Notes under the pieces: model-generated | What the model was told of the DNA's origin: nothing | The model's database searches: none | Seen by the model: only the letters and a program-made list of their open reading frames with translations | Part shown: positions 1 to 11,394 of the stretch, in pieces | Position numbering within the stretch: position 1 is the first letter of the stretch | Layout of the letters: the number at the start of each line of letters is the position of its first letter | Sequence record: MK250016.1 | DNA from: Prevotella phage Lak-A1 | Direction: 5' to 3' (one strand) | Length of the DNA: 32,000 nt | Made by a program: the position numbers and the translations under genes

Positions 1-2
1 TA

Positions 3-710
3 TTACTCACTCTTTGCTTCATCTAGAAACTTCTGACGAAAATTAGTAGGACTCTTTGTTACACGAATACCTGCAGCATGTGTCGTAACATCAGTATCTG
101 GGACAAATGCAGTAGTGTCCTCAGTTTCTTTCTTTGATGCATCCTCAATCTCTGTTTCAGTCATCTCAACCTCTGCAATTTTACCATCCTTTGCATAACG
201 TGCCTTTGCCTCATTATAGCCTGCAAGATATGAACCTGGGTCTTTCTTAAAATGTTCTGCCTCCTGCTCAAGCAATGCCTTAACCATCTTAGTATTAATC
301 ATACCAGGATGTGAAACATACAATGAATGATCCAAAAGTTTCAAAGCCTTACCATATGCAATTCTAACACCCAAATCTGCATCATGTGTATCACGTACAC
401 AACGTGTAGCAACACCAACAGAAAGCATCTTTGTAATAGGTGCAAGAACCTCATCAACCTCATCAATAAACTTTTCTGTACTTGCAGGTACATACTCAAT
501 CTGTCCATTCTCTTCATTCAACACATTCTTTGCAGGAATCTCATACTCATCCTCTACCATAACTGGACGTGTTACAACTGCATCATCATACTTCATTGGA
601 ATTGATACTGCTACCATTGTAAAATCACGAACCATTCCACGATAATCTGTAAACTTGCCTGTAAGCGTTTCGTACTTATACTCAGGCTTAAACTCTTTCT
701 TATTTGCCAT
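3..710 (-). CDS. hypothetical phage protein (235 aa)
   Basis: Complete ORF ending in TAA, no TAG, acidic C-terminus; family not recognised. Confidence 0.8.
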   Translation of the reverse strand: MANKKEFKPEYKYETLTGKFTDYRGMVRDFTMVAVSIPMKYDDAVVTRPVMVEDEYEIPAKNVLNEENGQIEYVPASTEKFIDEVDEVLAPITKMLSVGVATRCVRDTHDADLGVRIAYGKALKLLDHSLYVSHPGMINTKMVKALLEQEAEHFKKDPGSYLAGYNEAKARYAKDGKIAEVEMTETEIEDASKKETEDTTAFVPDTDVTTHAAGIRVTKSPTNFRQKFLDEAKSE

Positions 711-799
711 TACAAAATTACATTAAATATTTAAAATAAAAAAATGTTTTATCTAAAAAACTTTATTATATATTAAAAAATAATAGATTTGTCTATGTT

Positions 800-1090
800 T
801 TAATCAAAAAAACTTTTAATTTTCTCAATTAATGTACGTTTCTTTTTGAAATATACATATGATGAAAAACTGGTATAAAACTTCCAACCTATTTTTTCAT
901 ATTGTAGAACAAAATCTAAAAATTCAGCTCTTGTACATCCACTTATATTACATAATTTAAAAATGTCTACTACAAGAAACTCACGTTTATTTCTTTTTAT
1001 TAAACGAACAACACCATTTGGAAAATTTGTAAAATTATTAGTCTTGATTTCCTCAAGCTGTTGCGATGTCATTTTTAATTGTGTTGCCAT
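800..1090 (-). CDS. hypothetical small protein
   Basis: ORF, TAA stop; overlaps the upstream gene by up to 38 nt (an internal ATG, MTSQQ, gives a shorter overlap). Confidence 0.65.
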   Translation of the reverse strand: MATQLKMTSQQLEEIKTNNFTNFPNGVVRLIKRNKREFLVVDIFKLCNISGCTRAEFLDFVLQYEKIGWKFYTSFSSYVYFKKKRTLIEKIKSFFD

Positions 1091-1523
1091 ATTTCTTACT
1101 ATTTAAATCAAGACCTAATTGTCTACGAGTTGTTTGAATAATTGCCTTTATAATACATGCAAGATAACTAAGTAAATCTGATGAATATAAACGATTTGTA
1201 TGTGGATTAATTTCCTGATCAATAACATCATAACAATATGTAGTAAAATTATTAAAATCACTATATGTTGTTACAAAATCAACAGTCAAAATCTTTGCAC
1301 GAAGTTTCAATGAACATGATTTACTATCATTAATAAGATTAAACCAATGTGTCATAAATGAGCCCATATCATGAATAAATTTATTCTTCAACATAGGATA
1401 TTTCTTATCTACTTCTGTAATCATATCAACTAAAACAGGTAATGCTGAACTATCACTATCGATATGTTTATTAATTGTATTTACAAGCTCATTAAAAGCA
1501 TTTTCATTATAATTCTTTACCAT
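1053..1523 (-). CDS. hypothetical protein (156 aa)
   Basis: ORF, ends in TGA. Confidence 0.75.
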   Translation of the reverse strand: MVKNYNENAFNELVNTINKHIDSDSSALPVLVDMITEVDKKYPMLKNKFIHDMGSFMTHWFNLINDSKSCSLKLRAKILTVDFVTTYSDFNNFTTYCYDVIDQEINPHTNRLYSSDLLSYLACIIKAIIQTTRRQLGLDLNSKKYGNTIKNDIATA

Positions 1524-1611
1524 AAAATCAATTTTTAAATCAAATTTATATTATATACTCTATATAAACTATTTTGTTTATAATAGAAATATTAATAATT
1601 ACTAAACAAAA

Positions 1612-1655
1612 TAACAGGGAGATTAAAATATAGTTAATTTCAATCTCCCATTATT
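1612..1655 (-). terminator. stem-loop terminator
   Basis: gggagatt...aatctccc inverted repeat between minus-strand genes. Confidence 0.6.
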
Positions 1656-1673
1656 TAACAATTTAAAAATATA

Positions 1674-2204
1674 TTATGAACACATCGATTCTTTGAGCTT
1701 CATCAATGCAGGATTATCTGACATAACACATGAAGTTGAATTAACAGGTGTTTCTACACGTTTTGGGAATTTATCCTTATTCATCTCATTACGTTGCTTC
1801 TTATAATAATCACGAGAATGTGATTTCTTATCAGAACCAAACATATTATTAATTGCATTAATACGATTTTTAACCAATTTCATTGCATCAAGTCCTGTAC
1901 AATTCAACAACTTCTGAATTTTTTCAATAGTTTCCGAAAGAACTGCTGCATAACTCAACTGCTTAATATCTGGAACAGAATTTTGCATAATGAAATATGC
2001 AGTTGTTGCTGTATCAATAAGTTCATCAAGCTGAGTCATTTGTTCAACCATTTTATCATTCATTACTGCATAAACATTATCTACAATATTATATCCAGCA
2101 TTAAATTCATCCCATGAAAACTTTACGGATGTACCATTTTCCTTAATAGTAATACCATCCTTTTCCTTCTTTACAATACGAAGTTTCTTATTTTTAAAAT
2201 TCAT
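1674..2204 (-). CDS. hypothetical protein (176 aa)
   Basis: ORF with standard start and stop. Confidence 0.8.
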   Translation of the reverse strand: MNFKNKKLRIVKKEKDGITIKENGTSVKFSWDEFNAGYNIVDNVYAVMNDKMVEQMTQLDELIDTATTAYFIMQNSVPDIKQLSYAAVLSETIEKIQKLLNCTGLDAMKLVKNRINAINNMFGSDKKSHSRDYYKKQRNEMNKDKFPKRVETPVNSTSCVMSDNPALMKLKESMCS

Positions 2205-2224
2205 AGTTAAATATTTTTAAATGA

Positions 2225-2593
2225 TTAGTAAATAATTCTACATGCATGAAGTAACATACACCAAGTCATTTCCATTGCATCGTCAAAAGACAAGTACATA
2301 TCAGGTGGACATGCTTGCTTAACAGTATTTAAGAACCAGATTTTGAAATTGATTTCATCTTTATCATTATTATATGAATATGATTTCTTTAATACATTAT
2401 TATTTGTACCAAGTGGAAGAATAAACTGTGTACTCATCACCTTTCGTACATCTGAAACTGACATACTATCAATAAACTCAGATACCGCACGAAGACGAAC
2501 TGTAAAATTATGCACTGCGTTTGAACTAATCTCTTTCATATTTCTATTTTTAATTAATATTATTTGTTTCATTAACAATACAAAGATACACAT
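2225..2593 (-). CDS. hypothetical protein (up to 122 aa)
   Basis: ORF ending in TAA; true start may be an internal Met (MKEISSNAV). Confidence 0.65.
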   Translation of the reverse strand: MCIFVLLMKQIILIKNRNMKEISSNAVHNFTVRLRAVSEFIDSMSVSDVRKVMSTQFILPLGTNNNVLKKSYSYNNDKDEINFKIWFLNTVKQACPPDMYLSFDDAMEMTWCMLLHACRIIY

Positions 2594-2639
2594 AAGTTTT
2601 GAAATAAAAAAATAAATATAAGAAAAGAACTTAAATAAA

Positions 2640-2795
2640 ATGGAAAATAATAATTATACACAACGTTTTTGTAAAAATTGTATTCACTATAATCCAAATG
2701 AAAATTGGAATGAATGTAAATCCGGTTTATTTGGACATACATATGCAAATGATCATGGATGTTGGTGTTGGAAACTTAAAGATATAGAAAAATAA
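2640..2795 (+). CDS. 51-aa Cys-rich small protein, possible zinc finger
   Basis: Hand-translated MENNNYTTRFCKNCIHYNPNENWNECKSGLFGHTYANDHGCWCWKLKDIEK; CxxC plus further Cys; absent from supplied ORF track. Confidence 0.55.
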   Translation: MENNNYTQRFCKNCIHYNPNENWNECKSGLFGHTYANDHGCWCWKLKDIEK

Positions 2796-2817
2796 AAATT
2801 AAATACGTTATTATATT

Positions 2818-3273
2818 ATGAAACTAAGTAAAAACTTTTCTTTAGAAGAACTCATAAAATCAGATACAGCAAATGAATGTGGAATTAAAAATTCCCCAAA
2901 TTCATTAGAATTGAAAAACTTAACAAATCTTGCTACTAAAATATTACAACCAATAAGAGATGCATTTGGCAAACCTATTATAATTAGTTCTGGATTTAGA
3001 TGTATTCAATTAAATAAGAAAGTAGGAGGCGCAAGTAATTCAGATCATTTATTTGGCGCCGCAGCTGATATACATACATCTTCAAATACATATGAAGATA
3101 ATAAAAAACTTTATGATACTATTATATCATTAAAAAATAAAGGTAAAATATCATGTAGGCAAATAATATGGGAATATGGAAAGAAGAATATAGGTCCTAA
3201 ATGGATTCATATAAGTGTAAACCATACAAAAAATTCATATAAGAAAAATCAATTAGTTTATGTAGGTATATAA
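2818..3273 (+). CDS. peptidase M15-type (D-Ala-D-Ala carboxypeptidase-like) endolysin
   Basis: FSLEEL, SSGFRCIQLNKKVGGASNSDHLFGAAADI and WIHISV match the M15_3 Zn-peptidase pattern. Confidence 0.85.
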   Translation: MKLSKNFSLEELIKSDTANECGIKNSPNSLELKNLTNLATKILQPIRDAFGKPIIISSGFRCIQLNKKVGGASNSDHLFGAAADIHTSSNTYEDNKKLYDTIISLKNKGKISCRQIIWEYGKKNIGPKWIHISVNHTKNSYKKNQLVYVGI

Positions 3274-3279
3274 AATATT

Positions 3280-3308
3280 AAAGGTTAGAGATATTACTCT
3301 AACCTTTA
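3280..3308. terminator. bidirectional terminator between convergent genes
   Basis: aaaggttagag-atatta-ctctaaccttt with flanking A/T tracts. Confidence 0.75.
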
Positions 3309-3311
3309 TTT

Positions 3312-4745
3312 TTATTGTATAAAATTATCATAATTATTATTATAATATAATATAGCAGAAATTAAACTCCATAATATATTTTGAATTTCTTTCATATCTA
3401 TACGTAAATCACCGTCATCTAACATATTATAAGAACCAATAAATGATGCTGGCACTTGATGTTGTCCGCATGAATATGATGATATATATCCATCTGTTGT
3501 TTTACTTTCTGAATTTATATATTCAACATGAATTTTTGGATATGGATCATAATCATAACCAGTAATATAAAATTTTTTATTACTATTAAAAAATTTACCT
3601 TCATATATAGGTTCATTTAATTCGAATGACATATCATTATTCTTATTACCTAATTTATTCTTATATAATAATATTTCCAAACATGTTAAACATTTTTTAA
3701 TTGTCGGATATTTCCTTATAACCTTTGGCATTATTTTTTCCATCTCATAAGAATCAATTTCTTCATTGAAGTCCCTCTTTTTATTACCGAATTTACCTAA
3801 TGTATTATTAATGACTTTATTTTTAGGTAAAAATGGATTATTATATTGTCTCTATGATGAATAACTTAATTTTGCTAATGCAATTTGGCATAATTCATAT
3901 AATTGTTCATATGTAATAAATGTATTATCATCTAATTCTATCTTATCACCAATAGGCTCATCATTAATTGTCATATTATTTTCTAAAATACAGAATGTTC
4001 CTTCATATACACGTTTTTTCTATGTTTTCACCCATGATATATATATACAATGTTTATCATTGAAATATATTTTCTAATCTTCATCAGTTGTTACAGTTCT
4101 AAAATATAATTTATATGTAGGTTCTTCTATTTTATAAAATGATTTCTATATAGTATAATATGTTTTATCTAATATATTATAAATACATTCACACACTTCA
4201 GATAAACTATCATAACCGCGTTTTACAAACTTTAATGTATCTTCATATGACTTTATGCCATCAGGTAATTTCTTCTATACTATTGTTGGTTGTTTAATAA
4301 CTTTTTTCTATTCAGTATTATCAACTTTTACCTATGTATCCTATTTAACTTCTGTATTTAATTTCTATTCGACCTACTTTGGTTGAACATTAATGGTATT
4401 TGTTACCAATTTACCACCATTATTTATATATTCTTGTTTGATTTCATCTATTGTACATCCTAACTATAAAAGACGCTTACCTACTAATTTAAATGTTTTA
4501 ATATCATCAATATCCTATTCAGATTCCGGACATTGTTTTTTCATTATGAGAAGTGCTGCAACATATCTTGGTAATAATTCTTCTTTAGACTATGATGCTC
4601 TTGGTTTAACATTTTCTGCTTCTGTTGCCTTATTTCTTGAACATGTAGATGCTATGCTTAACCATAATTTTTTGTCTATTGTTCTTGAAACTCTTGCTTC
4701 ATTTATACAATTTAATAATGATTCATATAATGATTTTATTATCAT
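3312..4745 (-). CDS. recoded hypothetical protein (477 aa), 13 in-frame TAG
   Basis: Single frame from ATG (MIIKSLYESLLNCINEARVSRTIDKKLW) through NTINVQPK*VE*KLNTEVK*DT*VKVDNTE*KKV into the listed 3312..3743 ORF; 1434 nt, TAA stop. Confidence 0.85.
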
Positions 4746-4781
4746 AATTTCTAATTAATAAAATAACTTTTATTATTTATT

Positions 4782-5666
4782 TTATGCGTATAAACAATTA
4801 AAAAATGTTCCATAAGTATTAAAATATAGAATATCATAATTTAATAGTTCAAATATAAAATCAAATCCTGTATTTTGAATAATATAATTTTGTTTTACAT
4901 CATAATCAAATGATAATAATATTTTATTACATTCTATATCTGCTTTTAATTTTGTAGTTACTGAACCATTTGTTACATCATATATGTAATAATATATCTT
5001 TTGATTTGTTTCTTCAATTAAATCATAAGTAGTGTGTGATATTAATGTGCAATATAAATTAGATGTTAATTTTATTAAATAATTTTCAACCATATCAAAT
5101 ATTCCTTTTAATTCCATTAACTTAGTTGCTAATAATTTTGCACTTGGTTCAAAACGCGCATAATCAGATATTTTCCTTTTATACTCATTAGAAACTACAT
5201 AAACACAAAACATTAATGTTAAATCATCATTTCTATATGTTTTTTGATTCGATGTAATATTAAAAAACTCTAATATTCTATTCTGCTCTGGTTCTTTCCA
5301 TGCATTAGGATAAAAATAACTTTTATCCGTAGATGTATATAATAACCATCCCTTAATCAAATCAGATATATTTCTATCTTTTGTATACTTCTCTATATAC
5401 TTTTTTGATCTTAATAACGAAAGATTATATGAAACCTCATCATAATCAATACGTTTAATAATAAAAGCATCATATACAAGATTTTTAATTTTATCATGGA
5501 AATCCGTTGTTATATCTTCATCTGTTAAATCCAACTTATCTAACAGTTCTGACCATAAATTTATATCAATTGGCCTATTCGAAAATGAATAATGAATTAC
5601 ATTCTTTAATTCATCCTCTGTTAACTCAGTTGTTAACATATATTTTATTTTTTCTGATTGTCGCAT
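4782..5666 (-). CDS. hypothetical protein (294 aa)
   Basis: Complete ORF, no TAG. Confidence 0.8.
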   Translation of the reverse strand: MRQSEKIKYMLTTELTEDELKNVIHYSFSNRPIDINLWSELLDKLDLTDEDITTDFHDKIKNLVYDAFIIKRIDYDEVSYNLSLLRSKKYIEKYTKDRNISDLIKGWLLYTSTDKSYFYPNAWKEPEQNRILEFFNITSNQKTYRNDDLTLMFCVYVVSNEYKRKISDYARFEPSAKLLATKLMELKGIFDMVENYLIKLTSNLYCTLISHTTYDLIEETNQKIYYYIYDVTNGSVTTKLKADIECNKILLSFDYDVKQNYIIQNTGFDFIFELLNYDILYFNTYGTFFNCLYA

Positions 5667-6505
5667 TTTTCTGATAATGTTTTCATTAATTTAAATTTTT
5701 GATTTCCAAAATCAATAAATGTATTTAATCTATTTACATCAAAATCAAAATTTTGTTTAAACAATTTAAAATTTAATCCTTGCTCATTCGGTTGTCTAAG
5801 CAAATTACATACATATACACTTATCCTATCATACGAAGATAAACCATATGTTTCTACCAATGCTTTCTTATAAACATGTAATTGAATTGTATATGTATTC
5901 ATATCACACTCATCTAACATATATGCAGGTCCTTGTAATTTCTTACCATATCTTGATGATGTTGTTATATCATCAGTTGTCTTCCAATCTATTATAATAT
6001 AAGCATCTGTATTCTCATCATAAAATAAACAATCAAAACGTCCATTAATATGACCATCTTTTGGTGTTTTACAATATAATGGTAATTCTCTCGCTACATA
6101 CTTATAATTTGTTTTAGTTGATATAAAATTATAGAAATCATCAAATCCTTTACAAATTGATTTTAATCTATCATCATAATCATAACCATTATCTAACTTC
6201 CATAACTCTAATTTTTCTGTTTCTTTATTAAGATTCATACCGGCATAATCATCCAATAAAGAACCATATCTTTTTGACTCTGACGATTTTGCGTGCCATT
6301 GTTCAAGGATCTGATTTGCAGTCATACCTGCATATTTATAATTAGGATCATTCAAACCTTTCTTTGAACATACTTCTGCTTGAGCTACATCATCAAACTT
6401 TACTTTAATATAATCATTACATAACTTTGAAACAGATACACAACCTTTATATTCTGTCTTTATCTAATTATTAATATTTTCAATTAATTCTTTAATATTC
6501 TTCAT
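5645..6505 (-). CDS. PD-(D/E)XK nuclease, Cas4/RecB-like
   Basis: GRFDCLFYDENTDAYIIIDWKTTDD motif; N-terminus extends through one TAG (MKNIKELIENINN*IKTEYKGCVSVSKL), 287 codons. Confidence 0.75.
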
Positions 6506-6570
6506 ATTAATTTTATATATAATTTATCATTAATTTATAGTAAAAATAATATATAAAGTTTATATAAAAA

Positions 6571-6610
6571 TTAAGGGAAATAGCACTTACAAAAATGTTA
6601 TTTCCCTTAA
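6571..6610 (-). terminator. stem-loop terminator
   Basis: ttaagggaaatagca...tgttatttcccttaa, T-rich tail on minus strand. Confidence 0.65.
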
Positions 6611-6626
6611 TTTAATCATCATATTA

Positions 6627-7469
6627 TTATTTAAAATGTATTAATGCAATAGATAATAATCTTGTATTTTTTGTAGTTGATTTAAATGATATATTAGAAA
6701 GATCTGCACAATATATATACTTAACATATTCTGAAGTACTTGCATACTATGATGATGTACTATATAATTTTGTACTCTATATATTAAATAATTTTCCAAG
6801 ATTCTTACTAAATGTATGTGTAGAAATACCGCCTGTCTATTCTGGATTATGTTGTTTATCACATAAATCTTCTAATATTCTTAATATTTCAAATTTAGAA
6901 GGTATATACAAATAATAATCATCTGTACTTTCATTTAATAACTTCTACCATATAGTTTGATTTTTACCTACTGATAATTCATTTGTATGCTTTGTAAACA
7001 TATGTTCTGTACCATCCCATCCATTACCATATATATTTTCCGCATGGTATGCATTATACAAAGTAGTATTTAAAAATGCCCAACTATATTCATTTTTAAG
7101 TCCTGACCAATATGGTGATGCCCATAATCCTTTACCAACACAAATACATAAAACTTCTCCATACTAATCAGATATATCTGTTATAACATCTGATTTCGGA
7201 TCCCAATAATTCTATTCATCTTTATTTGTATTCCATATTGTATACATACCTTTATCATTTTTACTCATAATTGCACCAATTATACAAAAATATTGGTAAA
7301 CCTATTTTATTTCATCCCTATTATATGTCATAGGTTTCTTTTGTTCTGTTATAATACCAATAGATGATAATGTATCTAATACTGTAACATCTTCACCCGT
7401 ATAATAAATTACTGAATTTTTATGAAGAATCTTTCCTTCTAAACCATCAAGTTTTTGCAAATATTTCAT
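6627..7469 (-). CDS. recoded protein with possible DUF1566/C-type-lectin-like C-terminus, 7 TAG
   Basis: MKYLQKLDGLEGKILHKNSVIYYTGEDVTVL...LGKLFNI*STKLYSTSS*YASTSEYVKYIYCADLSNISFKSTTKNTRLLSIALIHFK; 281 codons; weak resemblance to the 19632-20525 protein. Confidence 0.7.
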
Positions 7470-7500
7470 TATAACATAATAATTACATTTAATATATTTA

Positions 7501-8704
7501 TTAAATATTCAAATATGTATCTATTACCTATTTGATAACATCTATCTTATTACTCCATATCGGTAAATAATTCAAATTATTATCTATTGCAGTTTTAAAT
7601 TTTAATGGATCAACTACAGTCCATACATTTATAGCAGATTTATATTGCTTTGATGTTTCTGCTTTCTATTTCCAAATATTTAATAACTATATATCATCTT
7701 CATCATTCTCGTTAAAAAGATGCTTACCATGTGTCAAATATGCATTTATTTCTATAAATAAATCTAATGAATGTATATAGAAATCTACATGAAACGGATA
7801 ACGTTCATCTACATTTACATTAAACTAAATATCATCTTTATTAAATAATGTCAGTAAATATTCATATGTTTGATATTCTGGTTTTGTCATTCCAAAATTA
7901 TCCTTATATTTTTGTTTTATTGTTTTTATATATTGTTCAAACTAATATTGATGAAATTTATTCAATGAACCATATTTTTTAATAACTGTCTCTTTTGATT
8001 TATCCCTATTATTAAATGTAGGATCACCATATAATTCCTGTTTTGTTTCTTTAATTTTATTTTTTATTTCTTCATTTTTTGCAGGATTATCAACACCATA
8101 TTTTTTAATAACGGTTTCTCTTGTTTTTTTCTTTATTATTATCTGACTAAAAACTGTATTTACAACCATATTTTTTTAAACATGTATTAATAGATTTCTA
8201 TTTAACAATATCAGATTGTCCTGTATATTCAACACCATATTTTTCTATGTTTGTTCTTTTTGTCTTTTGTAAATATTCATCTGTTTTTGTATATGAAGAA
8301 ACACCATATTTTTCTAAACATGTTTTCTTTATTTTATCCTTAACAGATTTTAACTGCATCTAATGTTCAACACCATACCGTTCTTTTAATGTATTCTTAA
8401 TTTTATCCTATACATCTTTAGAATTCATAATACAACTTGTATTTGAACAAAAAGTTCTGAATCCTCTACTATAACAATTAAATTCAACTGGTTTACCACA
8501 TGTTTTACATACAGGTCTTATATCTATATTATTAACAATACGATATATAGTTTCCTAAATAGATTTACTATCACTATATCTATTAATTAAATACTTATAT
8601 ATATCTTCATGTTTCTCTAACCATGATATTCTTGTATAATTTTTTGATAACTAATTTCTTTTTGTTATAAACTTATTTTTTATATAATTATCATCTATTA
8701 ACAT
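7501..8704 (-). CDS. free-standing Vsr-like homing endonuclease (copy 1), 11 TAG and an apparent +1 frameshift
   Basis: CKTCGK...CSNTSC zinc-binding region, about seven KYG repeat units, C-terminal IEINAYLTHGKHLFNENDEDDI...AINVWTVVDPLKFKTAIDNNLNYLPIW. Span is 3n+1 nt; frame changes at A7 (plus-strand T7, 8124-8130). Confidence 0.75.
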
Positions 8705-8740
8705 AAAAACATCTAAACATTTTATTATTATATAAAAAAT

Positions 8741-8773
8741 ATGGAGAATAGTTTTACATATACTATTCTCCAT
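8741..8773 (-). terminator. stem-loop terminator after uvsX-like gene
   Basis: atggagaatagt...actattctccat. Confidence 0.65.
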
Positions 8774-8788
8774 AATTCTTATATATAA

Positions 8789-10084
8789 TTAATCAATATT
8801 TGCATCTGCAATAGGATCATCTTCTTTACTTTCATCAGAAATTCCCATCGTTTCTTCCAAATCTTTAACATCATCAAATGCTGATTGATCTGGTAACTGA
8901 AACATTGGATGAATAACATTCTCATTTATATAATCAAGATATTCTGGTGTAAATACTTTATCAGACCAAAAATCAGTAAATGGAACTTGTGCGTTAAGAT
9001 GCTTCACTACAATATACCTTGCTGTATCCTTTGGTAAACAATAAGATGTTTCTCCTGCATCTGTTGTCCATGTATATACTTTCTTTTTATCGCCATCACT
9101 TAATTTATCATATTCTTTCTGTGTTAGTAAGTTACCTCTACAAACACCAGAATTTTCCCATGTCATAAACTGTTCTAGTCCAACAAAAGGATTAGGTTTT
9201 TTAAAATACGGGATCTAAAATTTTATTTTGATTGGTCGGCAGAATCTAGACTTAACTGGTTTTGCTGTAACTAAAACACCGTTTTTTGTACCTGCATCAG
9301 AACCTTGTCTTGATTTTGCAGCTGTATCATTTTCTTTATCTTCCAATTTTGCTGCACTCAATTCGATTGTAATTGATGCATTATATACAATACCCGAACC
9401 CATTGCTTGTATATTTTGTGGAATAAAAGACATTGACTGATATACATGGTTAACAACAATCCATGGAATTTGTAATTTTGCAATTGGAGTTGCACATACT
9501 CTAAACATTGCTTTTGTATCCTTAGCTTTTGTAAAATCTGCTTTTTGTGAACCAGATAATGTATCTTCTCGTTCCTTTTCAGATGTTAAGTTACCTAAAG
9601 AATCCAATACAATAATTACTTTGTCATGCTGTCCAAATTTATCTTGTTGTTCTTGTAATTTATCACATAAATTTGCAATAAATTGACTTGTTTCCATAAT
9701 AGTATTAACCTTCTTTATAATCATCTTTGTTGGATCTACACCAAGACGTTTAACAAAATCAGAATCAATTGCACCTTCAGAATCAAGATAAATTGGAATA
9801 TATCCTAATTTCTGTGCTTCTCTACAACATGAACATGCTAAAAATGATTTACCAGCGCCAGATGTACCAGAAAATGTTACAACACGTCCTGTTGGAATGG
9901 CCTTGTAAATATCACCACTCATACAGGCGTTAAGTATATAGTTACCTGTAGAAATCCATTCTTTAATATTAGAATATGCAGAGTCTGCAATAATTTCTGC
10001 CTAATCATCTATACTACTTACCATTGACATTAATGAACCAATACCACCTTCAAAATCTTCACTTGACTACTTTTTCTTTGCCAT
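8789..10084 (-). CDS. uvsX: UvsX/RecA-like recombinase, 3 in-frame TAG (10067-10069, 10001-10003, 9215-9217)
   Basis: Walker A FSGTSGAGKS, KVIIVLDSLGNL; KSRFCRPIKIKF*IPYFKKPNPFVGLEQFMTW joins two track ORFs in one frame; 432 codons. Confidence 0.9.
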
Positions 10085-10110
10085 ATATGTTAATTAAAAT
10101 AAATTTTTCT

Positions 10111-11322
10111 TTATATATTATATTCACATTTATTAATATAGTTTTCAAATTGTTCAATTACTTCATTTATTTTATTTGAATATATTACTAAATAATTTAA
10201 ATTATTTTTCACCGCAATATTATATTTGTTTACATCTCTAATAGACCATGTTTTAATAGCATTATTATAATATTTTGTATTCTTTTGTTTCCATTCATTT
10301 AATTTCTATATATCATCATTATTATCTTTATTAAATAAATGAAATCCATGTGTCCAATGCGCATTTATTTCAATATATAAATTATATTTTATAATATAAA
10401 AATCGGACTTAAATGGATACTCATCAGATTTATATTGTGTTTTATAATTTATATTATTATCTATTAAATATTGTTCAAATAAATTTTCTATTTTTGAAGT
10501 ATTAAATGAGTTATGTATTTTTTTTGTATTATAAGATTTATTAAGAAAATCTTCTGTCTAAACATAAAGTAAACCATTATATTTTTTACGCTGTGTTTCC
10601 CATCCTTTTTCTCTTATATCTTTATTAGATAATGCATATTCAACATTATATTTTTCTAATAATGTTTGCCTTATTTTATCTTTTACAGATTTAAGTTTAA
10701 AAGGATTATCAACTCCTAATTTTTTAATATAACATTGTTTTTGAAATTCTTTATCTTTTCTAACAGAATCAACACCAAAATGTTTTAAACATGTATTTCT
10801 TGCTTTATCTAAAAACTCTTTATATTGATAGGGAAATTCAACACCATATTTCTTTAAATTAGTCTGCTTTATTTTTTCAATATTTGTTTTATAACCATAT
10901 CGTTTTAATGTAGTATCAATACATTTCTATCTAATATCTTTATTAGACCAATTATGTTCACACCCATATTTTTCTAAATTTGTATTCTTTAATTTTTCCT
11001 TTACATCCGGATCTAATGTTGCACATGATGAACAGCAATGTTTTAAATAGCCTTTAGTAAATGAATAAAATTTAGTTTTATTATTATGGCAATAAGAGCA
11101 TAATGGTATTTCATTAATATTATTATATATACGATATAATGTTTCTTTATATGAATTAAAATCAATATATCTGTTTTCTAAATATTGTTTTACTGTAGGG
11201 TACTAATCTAAAAATATATGATTTACTCTTGTTTTAATAATCTTATTATTTTTTATGAAAAACTATATTATGAAATTATCATCTATAATGTCAGGAATAT
11301 CTATTAATTTTTTCTTTTTCAT
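10111..11322 (-). CDS. free-standing Vsr-like homing endonuclease (copy 2), 5 TAG, intact
   Basis: CSYCH...CCSSC, seven KYG-type repeats, IEINAHWTHGFHLFNKDNNDDI*KLNEWKQKNTKYYNNAIKTWSIRDVNKYNIAVKNNLNYLVIYSNK; 404 codons; absent from the ORF track. Confidence 0.85.
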
Positions 11323-11338
11323 TAATTTGTTTAGAAAA

Positions 11339-11375
11339 TAATAGCATCTAAAATACTAAATCTTAGATGCTATTA
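11339..11375 (-). terminator. stem-loop terminator after SSB gene
   Basis: atagcatctaa...ttagatgctat. Confidence 0.65.
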
Positions 11376-11394
11376 ATATATGTTAAATTAAAAA

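Noticed and set aside
4393-4758. Plus-strand ORF of 121 aa
   Set aside because: Antisense to the recoded 3312-4745 gene; appears open only as a shadow of that frame.
6641-6862. Plus-strand ORF
   Set aside because: Antisense to the recoded 6627-7469 gene.
3312-8704. Interpreting the TAG-broken ORFs as pseudogenes or poor assembly
   Set aside because: Only TAG interrupts the frames while TAA/TGA do not, across many unrelated genes on both strands; one true frameshift (8124-8130) stands out as the exception.
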